A stretch of 64,000 nt of DNA from NCBI RefSeq assembly GCF_000143415.4, contig NW_003314337.1:451234-515233 (forward strand), given 5' to 3'. The position numbers were made by a program, and so were the translations under genes. This DNA is from Selaginella moellendorffii. Taxonomy: Eukaryota; Plantae; Lycopodiophyta. Shown here piece after piece: positions 22,384 through 34,732 of the stretch (its first letter is position 1; each line of letters starts with the position of its first letter). The notes below the pieces were generated by a model. It was not told where the DNA came from. It did not search any database and saw only the letters and a list, made by a program, of their open reading frames with translations.

Positions 22384-24921
22384 TTAGAAGAGCTCTTCCT
22401 CTTCCTCTCCAGCGATGGAGGACATATAGGAGAGCTCCACAAACGCGGCGGCGCCGTAGGGTTCCCTCTCGATCACGCTGCGCGCCGCGGCGCTCCCGCG
22501 GCGCACGTCCCCCTGGATCTTGCACGCCGCAAGCAGCGTCTTCCAGGTAACATCGCTCGGCCCGCACGGCATTCCCTGCAGGAAATCGTACGCCTCCTCC
22601 AGCTGCCCGGCGCGAGCGAGCAGATCGATCAGGCAGCCATAATCCTCCAGCCCATGGCCGACGCCATAGTCCGGCCCCATGGAAGCGAACGTCCGCGCGC
22701 CCTTCTCCACCAGCCCGGCGTGGCTGCACGCCGACACCACCGCCAGGAAGGTGATGTGATCCGGCGCCACGCCGCGCTGCTGCATCGCGTGGAAGAAATC
22801 GATGACGCTCTGGCTGTGCCCGGTCTGCGCGTATCCCCCCAGCATCGCGTTCCAGCAGGCCAGAGTGGGCGCCTCCACCGCCTCGAAGATCCGGCGAGCT
22901 TCCCCCAGATTGCCAAACTTGCTGTGCATGTGGATGAGCGCCGTGGCGACGAAGACGTTAGATTCCAGCCCGAGCTCCCGGGCCCGAGAGTGGACGAGCT
23001 TCCCTTCCCGGTGGGCCGAGACGATCGTGCAGGCCTCTAGCACCGTCGTGAAGGTGACCCTGTCCGGCTCGAGCTCCATCCGCTGGAACAGATCGATGGC
23101 CTCTTGGCAGCTCCCCAGATCCACACAGGCCGCGATCACCGACGTCCACGACACGATGCTCTTGTCCTCGAGCCGATCAAACGTGTTCCTCGCGTCCTCC
23201 AGGCTCTTGCAGCGAGCGTACATGCTGATCAGCGCGTTGGCGACGTTGTTGTCAGCTTCTAGCCCACTCTCGGCGATCAAGCCGTGGAGTTTCCGTCCGT
23301 AGCTCACCCGGTCCGGCGACACGGCGCTCAAGGCCAGGAGAAACGTCGCACGGTTGCCCGAGGCTCCTTCCAGCAGCATCCGCGAGAACCACTCGAGCGC
23401 TTCACGCGGCTGGCCGTGCCCGACGCAAACGCCCACTATGGCGTTCCAGGCGAAGACGTCCCGCTCGATGATCTTCTCAAACACCCGCCTCGCATCGCCC
23501 AAGCTGCCAGTTCGCTCGTACATGTTGACGAGAGCGCTGCCAATGAAGGAGTCCGAGTAGAGGCCGGTATCGACGATCCACCCGTGGAGCTGCTTCCCGA
23601 CGCTCTGGCACTCGACGGCGCTAACCACGTTGAGAGCCGTCGTCCTCGTCGGCCTCACTCCATCCAGCAGCATCAGCCGGAAGATCTCCAGAGCTCTCGA
23701 GTGGAGCGACTCGTCCCGGCCGTAAGCAGCGATCATGTTGTTCCACGACACCACGTTCTTGCCGAGGATCCCATCGAACACTCGCCGGGCCTCGCCGAGA
23801 TCTCCACACCTGCTGTACATGGTCACCAGTGCAGTCCCGGCAACGACGTCAGTCTCGAGCCCAAGGCGAGCAACGCGAGAATGGATCGACTTACCATCCT
23901 CCAGGCTCTCGGGTGCGGCACAGGTGCTCAGAGCAATGACGAGCGTGGTCTTGTCCACCGCCACCTCGCTCGGCATCCTCCGGAAGAGCTCCAGCGCCTC
24001 GCTAGAGAAGCCGTGCTGCGCCAGCGCCGCCACCATCGCGTTCCACGACTTGACGTCCCAGCGCTTCATCCGGTGGAAGACGTCGTGAGCTCGGTCGAGG
24101 CAGCCACACTTGCTAAACATGTTGATCGAGGCGTTGGCGACCATGGTGTCGGTCTCCCACTCGGCCTCCACGACGTTGCCATAGACGAGGTCGGCGTCCC
24201 GGGCGCTGGAGCAAGCTGCGAGCACCGCCAGGAAGGTGATGTTGTTTGGAACCACGCCCTCGAGCAGCATTCGCAGGTAGTATCCAAATGCCTCGGCTAT
24301 ATGCCCGTTCCGGGCATACGCCGTCACCATCCCGGTCCAGGAGATCACGTCCCGCCGGGGCATCCTCTGGAAGAAGCGAGCAGCGCCATCGAGATCGTAG
24401 CACTTGGCCAGCATCTTCATCAGCGCGTTTCCTATCACGACGTCGCTCTCCAGGTTCTTGTCAACGATCAATCTGTGGACTAATTCTCCCTGCGCCAGGC
24501 TCTCGCAGGCGTTGAGGATGCTGATGAAGGTGACGCGATCCGGCAGGACCCCTTCCAGCTGCATCCGGAAGAAGAAGAGCCAGGCCCGGTCGACATCTTC
24601 ATCGTCCACAAACGCTGTCACCATGCTCGTCCAGAGAACCATGCTGCGGTCCAGCATCTGCTCGAACACCCGGCTCGCATCGTGGATGCTGCGGCACTTG
24701 ATGAACATCCTCACGACGCTGGCACCGAAGAACCCATCCAGCAGGATGCCCTGTGCTTGGATCGACGAGTAGACGCTGGTGGCCTCGTGCAGCAGCTTTC
24801 TCTCGGCACAGAGGTTGACGAGCTTTAGAAATTTGGAGTGGTCGTCAGAGACGCTGGGCTGGCTGGTAAAGGCTCTCTGCCAAAGCTGAAGCGTGAAGCA
24901 ACGACAATGCGCTCTTCTCAT
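22384..24921 (-). CDS. PLS-class pentatricopeptide repeat protein with E domain (organellar RNA-editing factor type), intronless
   Basis: Repeated P-L-S motifs (DVISWTGMVTAYA, ALVTMYSRCGDL) and ACSHAGLVEKG..YGCLIDLLARAG..MPCGPSDVTWKTLLAAC. No DYW domain. Confidence 0.95.
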   Translation of the reverse strand: MRRAHCRCFTLQLWQRAFTSQPSVSDDHSKFLKLVNLCAERKLLHEATSVYSSIQAQGILLDGFFGASVVRMFIKCRSIHDASRVFEQMLDRSMVLWTSMVTAFVDDEDVDRAWLFFFRMQLEGVLPDRVTFISILNACESLAQGELVHRLIVDKNLESDVVIGNALMKMLAKCYDLDGAARFFQRMPRRDVISWTGMVTAYARNGHIAEAFGYYLRMLLEGVVPNNITFLAVLAACSSARDADLVYGNVVEAEWETDTMVANASINMFSKCGCLDRAHDVFHRMKRWDVKSWNAMVAALAQHGFSSEALELFRRMPSEVAVDKTTLVIALSTCAAPESLEDGKSIHSRVARLGLETDVVAGTALVTMYSRCGDLGEARRVFDGILGKNVVSWNNMIAAYGRDESLHSRALEIFRLMLLDGVRPTRTTALNVVSAVECQSVGKQLHGWIVDTGLYSDSFIGSALVNMYERTGSLGDARRVFEKIIERDVFAWNAIVGVCVGHGQPREALEWFSRMLLEGASGNRATFLLALSAVSPDRVSYGRKLHGLIAESGLEADNNVANALISMYARCKSLEDARNTFDRLEDKSIVSWTSVIAACVDLGSCQEAIDLFQRMELEPDRVTFTTVLEACTIVSAHREGKLVHSRARELGLESNVFVATALIHMHSKFGNLGEARRIFEAVEAPTLACWNAMLGGYAQTGHSQSVIDFFHAMQQRGVAPDHITFLAVVSACSHAGLVEKGARTFASMGPDYGVGHGLEDYGCLIDLLARAGQLEEAYDFLQGMPCGPSDVTWKTLLAACKIQGDVRRGSAAARSVIEREPYGAAAFVELSYMSSIAGEEEEELF

Positions 24922-25167
24922 GAACTCTTCAAGCGCAGGTAAAAGCACACATGAAAGTAGTTGAAGAGAGAAAAAAGTATTTAAAGAATCTGCTACCTAG
25001 AAGGAGCAAAAGAATTCGTAGCTATCAGAGAACCACCCAAAGCCTTGACGCGTGATCTAAACATTGCTACCCTGGAAAGGAAACACAAGAACACACATGA
25101 GATCAAGAAGGAACTCCGAAAACTTGGCACATACCAGATGGATCGATCGAAACCAGCTAGAGATCCT

Positions 25168-25996
<829 letters not shown>

Positions 25997-26210
25997 TCAG
26001 CAAAGGCGGCAAGGCGCTAAAAGAAATAAACACTTCCTCCCTATAAACCCTAGAAGCTTGGATAGTGACAACAAATTTTTTTAATGCCACATTAAAGCTT
26101 TATCTAACGACACGTGCTGACTGGGCTAGCATTGTGCTGACTAGGAACATCTAGGGCACACGCACGACACGATTTTGAAATTTTAGGGCAGGGGCAATGT
26201 CGCCATAGCT

Positions 26211-27273
26211 ATGGCGACTGGAGTTTCGCTGGCGCTACGGCCAGGGCAGCGCCCCTGGCCCTCGTTCCAATCTCCTCTTGCTTGCGGGGATAGATCTCGC
26301 GCTAGGGCTCTTCCGCATTCCTTGCAGCGGCAGCGGCTGCCAAGCTTATCCTCCATTTTCGCCGCTCGAGCTGCCTCTTCTTCCACAGGCTCGGATTATC
26401 AGGAGGCGCAGCAGCAAGGAGAGGAGTATGCCACCAAGGCGGCGCCAAAGAAGAAGCAGCGCCGGCTCCAAAAGACCTTCCAACATCTGGCGCACAGGCC
26501 GGTGGAGCGCCCGAGATATCTCCTCTGGACATCCTGTAAGTCACAAATCCTTCCACTCCTCGCTTAAACCCTATACCCTGAATCTCCCTCCAGGTGCCGT
26601 GTTCGTCTTCCTGATGCGAAGAGTGATCTTCGAGGAGCTCGCTCGCTGGCCCGGCTTCTTCGTCGAGCTCTGGGAGCTCCTCAAAGCTCTGGGCATGCTC
26701 GTCGCCAAGCTCCTGGCACTCCACGCGAAGGACACAACAGTGTGGACAGTCACATACTTTGGCTGGGCGGGGCTCTTCCTCGTCGACCTCTACCACTTCA
26801 TCGTCGACTACGCGCCAGTCTGGGGCCTCCTCACCACCATCGCTCTCACCTCCGCGGTCGTCAGCCTGGGCGAGGCCGTGAGGTCCAAGGCCGCCAACCA
26901 GCCATGGATCGTCCGGCTCGCCACCCTCGCGGGCCTGGGAGCCTACCTCCACATCTGGGACTTCGCCGTCACCGCGATCATCCTCGCGCTCCTCTCGGCG
27001 GCCTCGTATCTCCGCAACAGGGACGTGGTGACGGCGCTGCTACCAAGCGTGGCGACGCTGGTGGCGGTGGGGAGGCCGATCGTCCAAGCTCCCGCCATCG
27101 CCACCTATCTCCTCCTCGCGATCTACATGAACTGGGCGGCTCCGGAGAAGAGAGTGGACAAACCCGAGGCCTGGACGTCGCCTCCAATCCTGGTGGCTTT
27201 CGCCATCGCCATTGGCATGAATGTGGCTGTGAATTGGCTGCGCTCCCGCCACCTTGTTTGGCTTGCAACTTAG
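26211..27273 (+). CDS. Plastid multi-pass membrane protein, EMBRYO DEFECTIVE 1273-like (2 exons)
   Basis: Transit-like N-terminus; intron 26536-26593 keeps the frame. RDVVTALLP..LVAVGRP and the C-terminal RHLVW resemble the EMB1273 family. Confidence 0.7.
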
Positions 27274-27356
27274 AGCTTGTTTAAGGCGAGCTTAAACTTA
27301 ATCACCCTTTTTTGTCAAATTCTATAAAAATAGGCCAAAAGCAACTAGGGTTTGTA

Positions 27357-28208
27357 ATGGCCAGCGCAGAAGTGGAGTCGACGAGTGCGTGGCTGGAATC
27401 CCATTACCAGGTTTTGGGTCGTCTTGGTGGTGGAGCTTATGGGTCGGTCTTCGCTTCCAAGAGGAAAACGAAGTTTTTTCATGCGAAAACAGAGGCATGC
27501 AAGGTGATGGATAGCAGAAACGCCAACTTGTGTGATCACGAGGGTAAGATTATGCGAAAGCTACATGGGCTGGAGGGAGTAGTGTCACTGCACAAAGCAC
27601 ATAAGGACTCGGAGTGTACTTGCCTTGTGATGGAGCTGTGCGCGAGCGATCTGATGGCGGCCTTGGGTACGGAGCTTACGCCGTACCATGTCCCGACGCT
27701 GGCGAATCACTTCCGCCACCTTGTGCAGACCGTGCAAGCCATGCACAGGCTTGAGGTCGTGCACCGCGACCTCAAGCCGGAGAACATACTCGTGACCAAA
27801 AAGGGGGAGCTAAAGCTGGCGGACTTTGGTGTGGCGGTGGATTGTAGCAGTCGTCCCAGGGGCTCTCCGCTTAGAATTCAGGGCGAAGTGGGGACGAGGA
27901 GATACTGGGCGCCGGAGATTGTGAGCGGCGGGGGATATGACGAGAAGGTGGATGTGTTTGCGCTGGGATTGATCCTCTACTTCATGTTGGAGATGAAGAG
28001 GCCGTTTGACGGGTTTGATCCACATGGCGAGTGTTTCTTCGAGGAGAGGAGGCTTGTTTTTGAGCAGAGCCCTAAAGCTGCGCAGGATCTGATTATGAAG
28101 ATGACTGAAAAGGACCCATGGAGGAGGATCACGTTGGAGGCGGCCTTGAAACATCCCTGGCTCCAAAGAAGAAAACACTTTGATTTTGTAATCACACACA
28201 TTGTGTGA
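27357..28208 (+). CDS. Minimal intronless Ser/Thr protein kinase (CAMK group, PPCK-like architecture)
   Basis: GGGAYG, ACK, HRDLKPEN, DFG, APE, DVFALG. No regulatory extension. Confidence 0.9.
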   Translation: MASAEVESTSAWLESHYQVLGRLGGGAYGSVFASKRKTKFFHAKTEACKVMDSRNANLCDHEGKIMRKLHGLEGVVSLHKAHKDSECTCLVMELCASDLMAALGTELTPYHVPTLANHFRHLVQTVQAMHRLEVVHRDLKPENILVTKKGELKLADFGVAVDCSSRPRGSPLRIQGEVGTRRYWAPEIVSGGGYDEKVDVFALGLILYFMLEMKRPFDGFDPHGECFFEERRLVFEQSPKAAQDLIMKMTEKDPWRRITLEAALKHPWLQRRKHFDFVITHIV

Positions 28209-28330
28209 ACTTTTTTATAACTTATCAAAACAGTGTTCAGTGCTAAAAATGATTCTGGTTAAATATTAAACAAAAATGGGTTAATGGGTTATTAACATAA
28301 TAATGGGGAAACAAAAATAAATACGAATTT

Positions 28331-29492
28331 CTAGAGTGGACCTGCTGGCTCTTCTGGGATGACCTTGCAACCCTTCTGCAGGGTCACATTTGGGGAGATG
28401 TACTGCCCAGCCAAAATAAAGTCGGTCATAATCCTGTAAAAGTGCCCCGTATAGTGAACACCATCGAAGGTAGTATACTCATCCGGGTCCTTGCAAACTG
28501 TGTATGAAACATTGGCAGTCCCACACCCGCACAGGCCACCTCCATTGCAGTTGTATTGCCCTCCGCCACCGCAGCACGACTTAAGATTCGTCGTGAATCC
28601 ATACGTATCCATGTTCTCGATCACCTCAGTGTTGGCCGCATTCCAATCAAAGTAGTAAACATTGAGCCCCGTGTAATTCTGCCGGAGCTCCCCTGCCATC
28701 GTCTGCATGGCCGAGTTAAAGACGCTGACGAGCTCGCCAACCTCCACAATGCACCCATCCTTGTCCAAGTGGTACGTCCCCGGCTGGTATTCCCCAAACG
28801 CCTGGAGATACGTAGGCGCGCAATCCGCCCGGGGCATGTTAAACAGCAAGACGTTGCGCGCCCCGGCCGAGTACAAGGTGGCGATGGCGTCGGCGAGGCC
28901 CTTGACCACGGCAGGGACGACCACCTGGACGACATAGTTGCCACCCTGCGCCAGCCCGAAGTTGATGTCGTCCCCTCCAATCTCCACGTAGACGAGCGCA
29001 CTCTCGTACCACTGCTGGCTCGTCTGGCGCCCATACCGCGCGATGGTGCTCTTCTGGTGACGCAGGAAGTTCTGGACTTGCGTGGACAAGATATGGGGGC
29101 TGGTTGCCCTGGACCGGGATGACGGTGGCGCCGGCGTAGCCAAAGTTGAGGCTGACGAACTCGCTGCCGTTGTAGGAGAGGCTGGCGATGGCCAGGTTCT
29201 CGAGGCGGAGATTGGAGATGAGCAAGTCGGGGATGAGGAGGCCGTCGCTGTAGCGTCCCGTGGGCCTGCCGTAGGTGACGCCGTAGGGGTCCCTGCCCGC
29301 GAGGGCGGAGAGGGTGTCGCCGCTGCCCATGCCCTCGCGGTAGCGGTTGCCTGAGTCGCTGAGGGAGTCCGAGAAGGTGAAGAGCGCGGTGGGGCAGAGC
29401 GTGCCTGGCTTGGCCTTGCGGGAGGCCTCGACGGAGACGAGGGCGATGGCGAGCACCGCGAGAATTGTGAGAAAGGTGGCGGAGGAAGCCAT
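28331..29492 (-). pseudogene. Secreted GDSL (SGNH) esterase/lipase with one internal frameshift
   Basis: Signal peptide, FSDSLSDSGN and PTGRYSDG lie in one frame; EIGGDDI, CCGGGG and FDGVHYT lie in another. The switch is at ~29095 with no intron. Confidence 0.75.
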
Positions 29493-29874
29493 TCTTTCTT
29501 GCCTGAGTGCTGCTGCTGCTGCTGTGGTGGATCCACGTCGGGGATTATATACTGGTGGAGGAGGTGCTGATTCTGCGATGCAAGTGCTAATCTCATTATC
29601 TGTAGTTGTATTCTTGAAATGGTGATGTGCAATCTTGGAAGTCTTTGCTGATTGATGGAAATATTGTTCTTGGAAGCTCTTTTGTTCTTTTTTAAAAATC
29701 ACCAAATGGATTTCCCGAATATATTTATAATTAAAAAAAAAGTAAAATCACGAGCAGAATATATACGTATTATACGCTCCATCTACTTTTATTAGTAGAG
29801 ACCTTTTAGGTCGACACTTTTTCGATATATCTCTTTGGCCTCTACACGTCTCTCTCTCTCTCTCTCTGTGGCCT

Positions 29875-30266
29875 CTACTCCGATCTCGCCGCATAGCGCT
29901 CCACCTTGGCATCGTTGAGATTGATCCCCACCATGGCCTCGCCGAGCCCGCAGCTCACCTCCGCCACTACGTGCGGATCATTGTAGTGCGTCACCGCCGT
30001 GACAATCGCTCGAGCTCGCGCCGCCGGGTTCCCACTCTTGAAGATCCCCGACCCCACGAACACTCCATCGCAGCCCAGCTGCATCATCAGCGCCGCGTCC
30101 GCGGGCGTCGCCACCCCGCCCGCCGCGAAGTTCACCACCGGGAGCCGCCCCAGCTGCTTGGTCTGCCTCACCAGCTCGTAAGGAGCGCCAATCTCCTTGG
30201 CGAAGCTGAAGACCTCGTCCTCGTCCAGGCTGCGCAGCCGCCGGATGTCGCCCATGAGCGATCGGA

Positions 30267-30297
<31 letters not shown>

Positions 30298-30804
30298 GCC
30301 CGCCTCGCCCTTGGTCCGGATCATGGCGGCGCCCTCGGTGATCCGGCGCAGCGCCTCGCCCAGGTTGCGGCAGCCACACACGAAGGGGACGTGGAAGTTG
30401 TGCTTGTTGATGTGGTTGGCGTCGTCCGCGGGCGTGAGGACCTCGCTCTCGTCCACGAAGTCCACGCCGATCGACTCGAGCACCTGGCCCTCCACGAAGT
30501 GGCCGATGCGCGCCTTGGCCATCACCGGGATCGTCACCGCCTTCTTTATCTCCTTGATCATGCCCGGGTCGCTCATCCGGGCCACGCCCCCCTCGGCGCG
30601 GATGTCCGCCGGGACGCGCTCCAGCGCCATCACCGCCACGGCACCGGCCTCCTCCGCGATCCGGGCCTGCTCGGCGTTCACCACGTCCATGATCACGCCG
30701 CCGCGCAGCATCTGCGCCAGGCCGACCTTGACGGCGTAGGACGCCTTCTTGGGCTCCGCGATGGCGCCATTGCCATAGACGGCCACAACGCCGTTGGCAT
30801 CCAT
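29875..30804 (-). CDS. PDX1: Pyridoxal 5'-phosphate synthase subunit PDX1 (309 aa)
   Basis: [52 protein letters not shown]. Probable 5'UTR intron at 30812-30907. Confidence 0.98.
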
Positions 30805-31799
30805 CGCCGCGCTGCCAGAGGGAAAAAGAATCAATCAATCCCGCGATTCCAATGGAAATGCGACCCGAAATATCGAAGATCTGGGAGGAAATGCCTCGGG
30901 ATTTTACCTCTTCCGCTACTCCTCGAGTGCTCGCGCTATCGGAACCCTAATCTCTGTGGCAGTCAAAAACCCTGAAGAAGAAAAAGAAACGAAAAGCGTG
31001 ACGTGGCGCGGGCCCGGTCGTTGGATGGAGGCGTGCGGCATCTAGAGCCTTCGAGAATAATCTATGGCGGAGCATAAAGTTCCGCGAATATGCCAATCGT
31101 ATCGCTTGTGGTGATGGTTTACTGTCCAAAATGGGGTCAGCTTTCCAATGTTTTTTTCCATGATTTTGTAAAAAAAGATATCATTTAGGAACCAAAAGTT
31201 TTTATGTATAAAATTCATAAAATCTCATTATTCCGAAATCCTATCGTTGTTAACGAACTCAATGGATGCTTTGTCACGAACCTTAGCAACAAACTTCGAT
31301 ATTGATTGATCCCTTGCTTAGATTAGCAATGAATGAGCATGAACCATATAAAAAGCTTTTGATCACAAGATATTTAATGGCGAGAGACCGTCGTGATCAT
31401 CTAAAGAAAACATCGGTGTCAGATAAACCACATGGTCGGTCACCAGATAAAAGAAAATTAAGAAAAGAGAGAGAGAGAGAGAACCACACGAAAAATAGAT
31501 CAACAGATCACCGAAGATGACTACTTTTCAACCACAAGAGACGAAATCAGCAGCAGGAAAGAGAGCAAAAGATGAGAACGATCAAATCCAATGAAAGAAA
31601 AGAAGTAGAAAAAAAAAAAAAAAACGAGCCTGGCCTGCCTGGAGCGATGGATGGATTCATCGTTGTCGACGCCGATCCTTCGTCGCGATCTCCAGCTTGC
31701 TCCTCGAATCGAAGTCGATCTCTCGCATGAATCCTTGATTTGATTGGCTTGACTAACTGAGCGAGCTTGCTTGTTGTCACCAAGAGATCATCGAATCGA

Positions 31800-33509
31800 T
31801 CACGGCTTGGCACAGTAGCACGACACCGCGGCCGCGTTTCCAGTCGCCCAGTTGAGCTTGCTCTTCATCATCTGCGAGCTTCCCTGGAAAGCCCGGTGGA
31901 TCCTGTTGCTGCCACTGTGATTCACCACCCCTTGCGCGGAGTGATTGGCGCTGGCGGCGGCGTTGTGAGCGGTGATCTCCCCCTCCGCCACCGCCGGAAG
32001 AACACCCAGAGGAACCGACATGACGTCGTTGAGCAGACTTATCCACACTGGTCGCATCAGTCTCACTCGCAAATTCCCGATGCCTTCGCTCGTCACCTGG
32101 TTGCAATTCCGGACCTTGAGCCGGGTGAGCGCCGGGCATCCATTCCCGAGCCCCTCCACTCCCAAGTTGGTGATCGAGCACGACCGGATGCACAGCTTCC
32201 GGAGCGCGCGGAAGCGGGTGGCGATGCAGCACAGCTCCGCGTCGCCAAAGCTCTCGCAGTTGCACACCGCCAGCCTCTCCAAGCTGGCGCAGTTGGAGCC
32301 GATGATGGTGAGGCTCCCCACGCTGATGCTCAGCCGGATGAGCACCAGCTCCTGGAGCTCCCGGCAGCGCTTGGCGATGGAGATGAGCCCCTCGTCGCCG
32401 ATCCGGCCCGAGCGCCAGCCGTCGAGCCGGAGGCGCTTGAGGTGGCGGCAGCCAAACGCCACCGCCGAGAGGCCAAAGTTGGTGCACTCGGACGCCTTGA
32501 CGACGTAGAGCGCCTCGAGGGACTTGCACTGCGCCACCGCCTGGAGGCCGCGATCGCTCAGCTGGAGCCTCTCGACGTGGAGCTCCAGGAGGTGCGGGAG
32601 GTGCTCGGTGATGGCCTCGAGGAGCTTGTCCCAGTGTCCCAAGTTCTTGGAGAGCCGGAGGACCTGGAGATTCGGGGAGCCGATGATCAGCGGCCCAAAC
32701 AGCCTCGCGTTGCGCAGCTCCTTGAGGCACAGCTTCCTGATCCGCCCACACCCGGGCGAGATGAGCAGCTCTGGAAAAGCCTGAGAGATCCCCCGGAGCC
32801 TCTTCACTGCCAGGCTCTCCAGATCAGCGCAGCGCTGGAGCAGGCAATTCAGACCCAGCGGCCCAAACCCGCAGGATCCACACGAGAACTTCTTGAGCGA
32901 GCGCGCCACCCGTGAGAAGTGGTCGATGCCTTCGTCGGTCACGTCCTTGCATCCCTTGAGCTTGAGCTTGACGAGCCCCTTGCAGTGCTTGGAGATGAGA
33001 ACCAGCGCACGGTCGTTGATGCTGGGATCTCTCCTATCGCACTTGAGCGTGATCTTGGTAAGCTGGACGAACCGCGAGCAAATTCGCGGGAGGAATGGCA
33101 TCACGTCCGCGTGAGCTGCCAGCGACAGCTGCGTCCGGCTGCGTCCTTCCAATCGGTGCCATCGCCGGCACACGAGAGAGCTCTGGGTCCTGTCGCCCGG
33201 GCTGAGCTTGTGTAAGATCCACTCGAGGCATTCGTCCGGCACAAGCAATGTGAGATCTTCCTGCTCGACCCACTCTTCTTCCTCCTCCTCTCCATCTTGA
33301 GACTCGAGTTCCAGAAGATCTACAGCGCGATGGCGATGCTGTTGGAGCTGCTGCTGCTGGAGCAGCTGGTGTTCTTGCTGCTGGAGGAGAAATTTCCCAA
33401 ACTTTGCCTGCTCGAATTGGCCGTGGTGCCGGCTTGGAATCTGGAGGAGGTAGTCGTGCTCCGATTCCTCAATGTACGTGCAAGCGATGGACGATCCAGC
33501 CTGCCCCAT
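31800..33509 (-). CDS. F-box/LRR protein, VFB/SKIP2 type
   Basis: MGQxxS start, F-box LVPDECLEWILHKL..SLVCRRW, KITLKCDRR, KKFSCGSCGFG and LRRs. The N-terminus has a poly-Q/acidic insert. Confidence 0.92.
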   Translation of the reverse strand: MGQAGSSIACTYIEESEHDYLLQIPSRHHGQFEQAKFGKFLLQQQEHQLLQQQQLQQHRHRAVDLLELESQDGEEEEEEWVEQEDLTLLVPDECLEWILHKLSPGDRTQSSLVCRRWHRLEGRSRTQLSLAAHADVMPFLPRICSRFVQLTKITLKCDRRDPSINDRALVLISKHCKGLVKLKLKGCKDVTDEGIDHFSRVARSLKKFSCGSCGFGPLGLNCLLQRCADLESLAVKRLRGISQAFPELLISPGCGRIRKLCLKELRNARLFGPLIIGSPNLQVLRLSKNLGHWDKLLEAITEHLPHLLELHVERLQLSDRGLQAVAQCKSLEALYVVKASECTNFGLSAVAFGCRHLKRLRLDGWRSGRIGDEGLISIAKRCRELQELVLIRLSISVGSLTIIGSNCASLERLAVCNCESFGDAELCCIATRFRALRKLCIRSCSITNLGVEGLGNGCPALTRLKVRNCNQVTSEGIGNLRVRLMRPVWISLLNDVMSVPLGVLPAVAEGEITAHNAAASANHSAQGVVNHSGSNRIHRAFQGSSQMMKSKLNWATGNAAAVSCYCAKP

Positions 33510-34312
33510 TCTTCGTCGAGCCCCACGGATCAAAAATCCAAGAATCCAGATCCAGCAACGAATTCCCCCCGCTGGCAGTAGAGATTATTCCAAGAACTGG
33601 GAATGCTCGCAAGAAACCGGCTATGGCAGAGGATTTCCACGCCGATAGACATCATGCCGGTGGAAATTTCAGCAACAGCGCACCTGTCCCTGCTCCACTC
33701 ACCGATTAAAAAATCCTCCTCGCGATCGATCGACTGCCACTGCCGTGTCGTGTTGCCTCTGCGCACCCCAATCCCTAGCTAGGGAGCTACATTCCTTTCC
33801 AGCGCCCTAAAGATTCCATGGCGAGTGAGTGCGCTGGTCATTTTAGACGACGGATCTCCGCCCAGGAAGCCATGGCGTGCGCAGAATCGCGCATGGATCC
33901 TTCCTCGAGCCCAAAAGAAGAAGCCCGGAAGAAAGAAGGGAATGGAAAATGGAATGAACGAGTAAACATCATATTTACTTTCTACGTGCTACAAAACCCC
34001 TATCCCAACGGTAGGATTTCGGCCATCGGGACCGTCCAGCAATTCCGTCGCAGAATCCCCGCCCATCGCTGGCCGTTGGAAACCGGTGGTGACAAGAATC
34101 ATTCATTCCGGCGCGGTAGATATTCCCTTGCCCGGGCAGCTATTTCGTTGTTATCCTTCCAGAGCATTTCTTTCAAGAAACGTTATATTGATTCCAACGA
34201 TGGAAACCACCCACCAGAACAAAAATATCCCAAGGAATATCCAGCCCTAGCGAATATTCAGGCCTATGCTACCCAGGGCGAATATTCGTTCTTCGTCCCC
34301 ACAGCGGAGTGG

Positions 34313-34732
34313 CTACAGAGAACCTGCGCCGCAGTCGTCCTCGTCCATGGCCCAATACCCAAATTCCTCGAGGAGCTCGTCCCCGATGGCATCCTCGAGC
34401 CACTCCTCGGCCTCGCACAGCAGCGACGGGCTCATTCTCACCATGAGGATGCAAAACTCGTGCTGGTTGAGCGCGCCATCACCGTCGTAGTCCCCCTGCA
34501 CCACCATCGCCCGGAGCTCCTCCTCGCCCAGCTCCTCCAGCCCTAGCAGCGCCGCATTCCTCTTGAGGCTGCCCAGCGTGATCGTCCCCGTCGCCGGGTC
34601 CGCCAGGAGCTCGAACCCCTTGCACAGCTCCTCCATGAAGTCCTGCTCGCCCAACCGCCTGGCCATCACCGGGAAGTAGTCCATGAAGCCAGCACCCGCT
34701 GGATCCACCGCCGCCGCCGCCTCTAGACCCAT
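34313..34732 (-). CDS. Calcium-binding EF-hand protein, KIC/PBP1-like
   Basis: FMDYFPVMARRLG..ELCKGFELLAD..ITLGSLKRN and the EF-hand GDYDGDGALNQHEFCILMVRMSP. Confidence 0.92.
   Translation of the reverse strand: MGLEAAAAVDPAGAGFMDYFPVMARRLGEQDFMEELCKGFELLADPATGTITLGSLKRNAALLGLEELGEEELRAMVVQGDYDGDGALNQHEFCILMVRMSPSLLCEAEEWLEDAIGDELLEEFGYWAMDEDDCGAGSL

Noticed and set aside
23284-24483. 399-aa ORF antisense to the PPR gene (likewise 29971-30975, 31767-32915 and 37679-38740)
   Set aside because: Shadow ORFs caused by codon bias of real genes on the other strand; no recognisable motifs.
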